Source: Octopus sinensis (taxonomy: Eukaryota). From it: 12,049 bases of DNA. Both the position numbers and the translations under genes were made by a program. Of this stretch, positions 7,713-12,049 are shown piece by piece. Location: the NCBI RefSeq assembly GCF_006345805.1, contig NW_021826735.1:1-12049 (forward strand), written 5' to 3'. Below the pieces are notes generated by a model. It saw only the letters and a program-made list of their open reading frames with translations. It did not search any database and was not told where the DNA came from. The stretch's first letter is position 1; each line of letters opens with the position of its first letter.

Positions 7713-7987
7713 AAATTAAGAAACGGAGTTAAACGCAGGTGTTATTCAAATCTTTATACTTCCGACATATGTTTCGAGGAAAACATTTGTATTATTCCTG
7801 TTGGAATAAAATGATGTAAAACAATGTAATCATCTCGTCAGGGGAAAAAAAGAAACAAAACACATCAATAAGTCATTTAACAGAATGTGATTACCGCTGA
7901 GGAATAATACCAATGTTTTCTTTGAAACATATATAAGAAGTTTAAAAATTTGAATAACACCTGCGTTTAACTCCATTTTTTAATTTA
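7712..7987. repeat. 88-bp inverted repeat with 100-bp spacer
   Basis: 7712-7799 versus the reverse complement of 7900-7987: ungapped, 10 mismatches in 88 by manual count. Confidence 0.95.
7759..7848 (-). ncRNA. Type I hammerhead ribozyme motif
   Basis: Minus strand: UUUUCCC-CUGACGA-G[long imperfect stem II capped by UUAUUCC-AACA-GGAAUAA]C-GAAA-CAUAUG-UC-GGAAG. G10.1-C11.1 pair present, perfect palindrome ACAUAUGU, canonical GUC site between 7764 and 7763. Confidence 0.78.
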
Positions 7988-8115
7988 TCTATGTGATATA
8001 AAAACATTTCACTAAACTCCGGAAATTCTGCCTTAATAAGTAGGCTGTAACATCATTGGCACTTATGTGAATTTTTGCTACCTTGGTAACTCTTTATTTG
8101 GACACATTGAAAAAT

Positions 8116-8156
8116 ACACATACATACATTCATACATACATACATACATACATACG

Positions 8157-8190
<34 letters not shown>

Positions 8191-8205
8191 CATATGTATA
8201 TATAT
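8116..8205. repeat. (CATA)n microsatellite
   Basis: Direct reading. Confidence 0.93.
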
Positions 8206-8486
8206 ATTATATTGTTTTTTTGTATTTTTATTCGTGTGGCATCGTCCGTGTTTTGTCTGTCCTTGTTTCGTATCATTCGATCCTTTTTCCCAAGAAATCA
8301 ATGCTCGTAGCTTAGTTTTTCCTTGGGCTGGCCGGATCGGAGCACTCTCAAGATTAATCAGCCGAATTGCGAGGATGATCCGGTTCTTACTGAAGATTGA
8401 AGGCTTCGAATGTCCGTCCGTGTTTTTTGTATCGTCTTCTAATGTTTTGCGTTCTTGTCCCAGTTTGTATTATTTTACATATACAT

Positions 8487-8553
8487 ACACACACACACAC
8501 ACACACACACACCACACACACACACACAATATATATATATATATATATATATA
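8487..8553. repeat. (CA)n/(TA)n microsatellite
   Basis: Direct reading. Confidence 0.93.
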
Positions 8554-8989
8554 TGAATCTGTTATATAAAATTTTTATCCGTGTTTGCTTTGGTGGCCAT
8601 TTTTATCGATGAAAACCAAGGTGAATAAGGCACAAATTGAACTTAGAAATTAATTAAATAGCTGCAATTGTCCTCTATTCTGCCAATTCATCCAAGAGAT
8701 AAACCAAGAAGCTCCAAAACAGAAACCTATAATAAAGTATGACACTGCACCACCCCCGACCCCGTCAACGTCCCACGACCGGCTGATTTTAATGATGATC
8801 TACTTAAGATTCGAAAAACGCTCATAAATTAAGAGTTTTAAAAACATTCATTTTTAAATATGGTCGAAACTGATCTCTTGGGATTGCTCTGAGATATATG
8901 TCATTCCATTAACATCAAAATGCGCGCGCGTGCGCACATGTATATAGTCACGTACACAGACACCAAACACGTTCATATACTCATAAGCT

Positions 8990-9430
8990 TACACACACAG
9001 GCGCACAAACACACACACATACACATGTATATATATATATATATATAATCAGTATTTCTGCTCGCCCGGGCACACACACACCCACACACATATATATAAA
9101 TATATATTATATATATACATATATATATATATTTATGTAGTTATGCATGTGTATATATTATATATTAAATCTATATATATATATATATATATGTATATGT
9201 ATTATAATATATATATATATATCAATGTATTTATAATAATATATATATTTATATATATACATAAATAATATATATATGATATGTTTGTAAATAATATATA
9301 TATGTTGTATATATATAAATTATATAATATATATATTTATATGTGTATGTCTATATATATATATATATATACACTGGGCGTGTTACGTGCTTTCATGTGT
9401 ATATCCATACACACACACACGTATGTATAT
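8990..9430. repeat. Imperfect (CA)n/(TA)n low-complexity region
   Basis: Direct reading. Confidence 0.9.
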
Positions 9431-9537
9431 ACATCATTCTACAAACGGCAGACGAAAACTCTATCATATATCACAATTTAATTTAAAAGAGGAAATGCAT
9501 CGCATCTACCAAACCTTCCCCTCCCTTACGGCAAATA

Positions 9538-9848
9538 AAAGCAACAACAACAACATTGATAAGAAACTCAGCAACGGCAATAACAACAACAACAACAACA
9601 ACATCAGCATCAGGAGCAGCCTTAGCAGCAGCAACAGCAACAACAAATAAACATCGACAATAAATTAATAACAGTAAATATTTAGTAAAAAATAGATAAA
9701 ACAGCTACACTAACAACAACAACAGCAACAACGACAATGATGATGATGATGATGATGATGATGATTGATGATGATGATGATGATGATGATGATAATAATA
9801 ATAATAATGATAATAATAATAATAATAATAATAATGATAATAATAAAT
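9538..9848. repeat. Compound trinucleotide microsatellite (CAA/CAG)n-(GAT)n-(AAT)n
   Basis: Direct reading; it explains the poly-N, poly-M and poly-I ORFs in the track. Confidence 0.93.
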
Positions 9849-9849
9849 T

Positions 9850-11197
9850 CTGATGTTCTTAATGACATTTTTGTACGAAATAATAACAATCCGTTCTTTA
9901 TTTGTCAGAAGGGTGTTGAATGCAGAACACTACGACGACGAGTGTTAGACGACATATTTACGTATAATGGTAACATCGAAGAAGAAAATAGGGGATATGA
10001 AGAACAGAAAATTGTATTTACGTCTAAGTCTTACAACATGAACCAAACTGACCCAAAGACTCAGCACAAGTTCCTTTCATTTGTCCATACTGAATCCTAA
10101 AAGAAAACCATTTGGAATATCATAGACTGGATAAAAATACAAGAAAAAATTCCCAGAAGACAGGCGTTTTTACTTCCTCAGATTTAATACATAAACGATA
10201 GAACCGAATAAGTCTCCTTTATATAAACATAGTTCACATTTAAGGACAATAAATGCAATTTTGATAAGGCAAACAGATAAATTATACGGACCAAAACATG
10301 ACAGGAAAATATATCAATAAGCATTTATTACACAATATTGTTCGTAAAATTAAGGACATACCACCGTTGCCGCTTTGAAGTTACACATCTGCAGTCATAG
10401 AGAGGGGAACTTTCTTCCTGATGGACATAATTATAAATTCCTGGAACTAGACGTTGATATTAAATACTGTTGTATATCCACTTCGGAGATTCTAGTTATC
10501 GATGCTCTAATCGATGACAGTCCTCTCCAAACAGAAAATTCATATTATCCTACATGGTCATAAACTATAATAACTCCGTCTGGATTTAAAATAGTCAAAT
10601 ATCCCATTCCACGAGCGTGGAGCCTACAGATTCGACAGACGCCGGTGGTCCAGTCCACACATTGTTGATATCTAACTTAAAATCTAAATTACTACTTTGT
10701 TAAAGACAATACTGTGACGATAGATTTTTAACTCTTTTTCAGTTCATCCCACAGAGCACTCCCAGATTAAGTGAAAACCTACACATCTTTGATTCTTTTA
10801 GCATTAAGAAGTGTCCATTACTATAAAGGACGCTAAACGTTCTATTAACGTTCTACAAATTGTTCTTAATTCAACAAACGCGTTGTGCTCCCCGTAACAC
10901 AAACCTTTAATAACGTCCACACACTACATGCTAACCACCTTCAGCAGTCTCGTTAAGAACAATTCCCCTAGGACTGGAAACCTTTCAGTTAATGAAGAGA
11001 TTTTTACAGATTCTTGTGCGCCATATCAGAATGAAATTCTGTTCAGAGAAAATATGTATATTGGTTTCAAATTTTGATACGTAACCAGCAATTACAGGTG
11101 GGACCCCTATTCTGGAAATTACAAGTCTTGTGACTTCTACACGACTGAAAATAGAGAGATGCATCTCATTAAGATCCCTTCCTTCAAAAAGCATTAA
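9850..11197 (+). pseudogene. Decayed intronless coding-like block, probably two adjacent ORFs, product unknown
   Basis: Microsatellite-free, with long protein-like plus-strand frames interrupted by stops and frameshifts: about 9850-10290, and ATG 10298 to TAA 11197. No family recognised. Confidence 0.45.
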
Positions 11198-11904
11198 GTG
11201 TTAATTCGGAAGTGTATTCACAAGACAAATCTTTCAGATACTACAAACACTAACATACTCCCGTGGATAATCTTACAGATTTAGCATCTTTATGGTTATA
11301 TGTGTTTGTTCATGTTTGCAGATTCGTATGTAATTAAATACGCGTAAGTATGTTTGTATGTTTGTATGCATGTCTCTCAATTTGCTTATAAGCAAGTATG
11401 TTAGCTTGCTTTGCATCGGTGCATTTATACACTAAAGCGGCGAGCAGCCACACCAGAGTGGCAGATGAATGTTACTACTAGTTTAACCCCAGGCGGATTC
11501 TCCGCCAGCTGGTTTTCGATGCAAGCTCTGCACCCTTTATGTATAATAAATCGCTAGCAGGGGGAGCGAACCCCTACCACTTTCCAACAGCTGACAAGAT
11601 CGCGGGACTGGCCGGTTTCGAGCTATTTGGCCCACGTCATATATTTGTGAATTAAGGCTGTCATTGGTTTCATGTTAAGAAAAGTAAGAAAATATCCTAG
11701 GGTCTTGATAATTTTTCAAGCCGATCACGTGGGGAAAGGTGTTCGCCTCCATTTTGGAAAACACATTTTGGTAAACACCCGTTTGCAGAGTTGACTGGAA
11801 GAAGGAGAAACGAAGTGTTTTGCTGTAGAACGCAACGCGCGGCCAGTCTGGGAATTTTGCGACCGTGAGTGCAACAGTAATTATTTGGCTCCACGTCTTT
11901 TGCA

Positions 11905-11905
11905 T

Positions 11906-11955
<50 letters not shown>

Positions 11956-11968
11956 GAGATAGATAGAG
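11905..11968. repeat. (GA)n microsatellite
   Basis: Direct reading. Confidence 0.95.
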
Positions 11969-12049
11969 AGTAAATGAAAAAGAGGGAGAAGGATATAAAA
12001 GTTAAAAGCGTAGACACGTCTATAATATAAGAATGCTAAAATTTAAATA

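Noticed and set aside
8385-8420. CUGAAGA...UUCGAAU plus-strand motif
   Set aside because: GAAA box is mutated and no convincing stems I-III form.
1151-9650. Most ORFs in the supplied track (e.g. 1151-1444, 2694-3182, 3924-4121, 4228-4560, 7362-7604, 8053-8315, 9281-9650)
   Set aside because: They translate microsatellites (YVCM, THTH, YLSI repeats) or SINE bodies, with no protein-family motifs.
9939-9965. VLDDIF as a reverse-transcriptase YxDD motif
   Set aside because: It lacks the Tyr/Phe, and the flanking residues do not show other RT motifs.
6550-10290. Alternative genetic code (TAA/TAG as sense, e.g. ciliate contaminant) suggested by many in-frame TAA at 6550-7260 and 10098-10290
   Set aside because: TGA stops and frameshifts also occur, and both segments are contiguous with host-type microsatellites and SINEs. 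Ordinary decay in AT-rich DNA explains them.
1-12049. CRISPR array or prokaryotic operon
   Set aside because: No repeat-spacer structure or dense intact ORFs; the sequence is eukaryotic repetitive DNA.

Overview
AT-rich, microsatellite-saturated eukaryotic non-coding DNA. It is probably a cephalopod (octopus-like); this is my recollection of the SINE families, not a database result. No intact protein-coding gene is supported, and the supplied ORFs are almost all artefacts of simple repeats and SINEs. Recognisable content: three tRNA-headed SINE copies plus SINE fragments, a 3'-truncated mariner transposon with 5' TIR and decayed transposase, the 3' end of an R4/Dong-like non-LTR retrotransposon sitting in (CATA)n, a non-autonomous Helitron-like element, and a ~1.35 kb decayed, intronless coding-like block of unknown (possibly viral) origin. 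The main hidden signal is a set of mutually non-homologous minimal type I hammerhead ribozyme motifs: 694-760 (-), 6321-6425 (-), 7759-7848 (-) and a weaker one at 7306-7350 (+). Each has a very short stem III, which is perfectly or nearly palindromic in the three minus-strand copies, as is typical of Penelope-like/retrozyme elements. Two are paired with an inverted partial copy that would fold back on the ribozyme.
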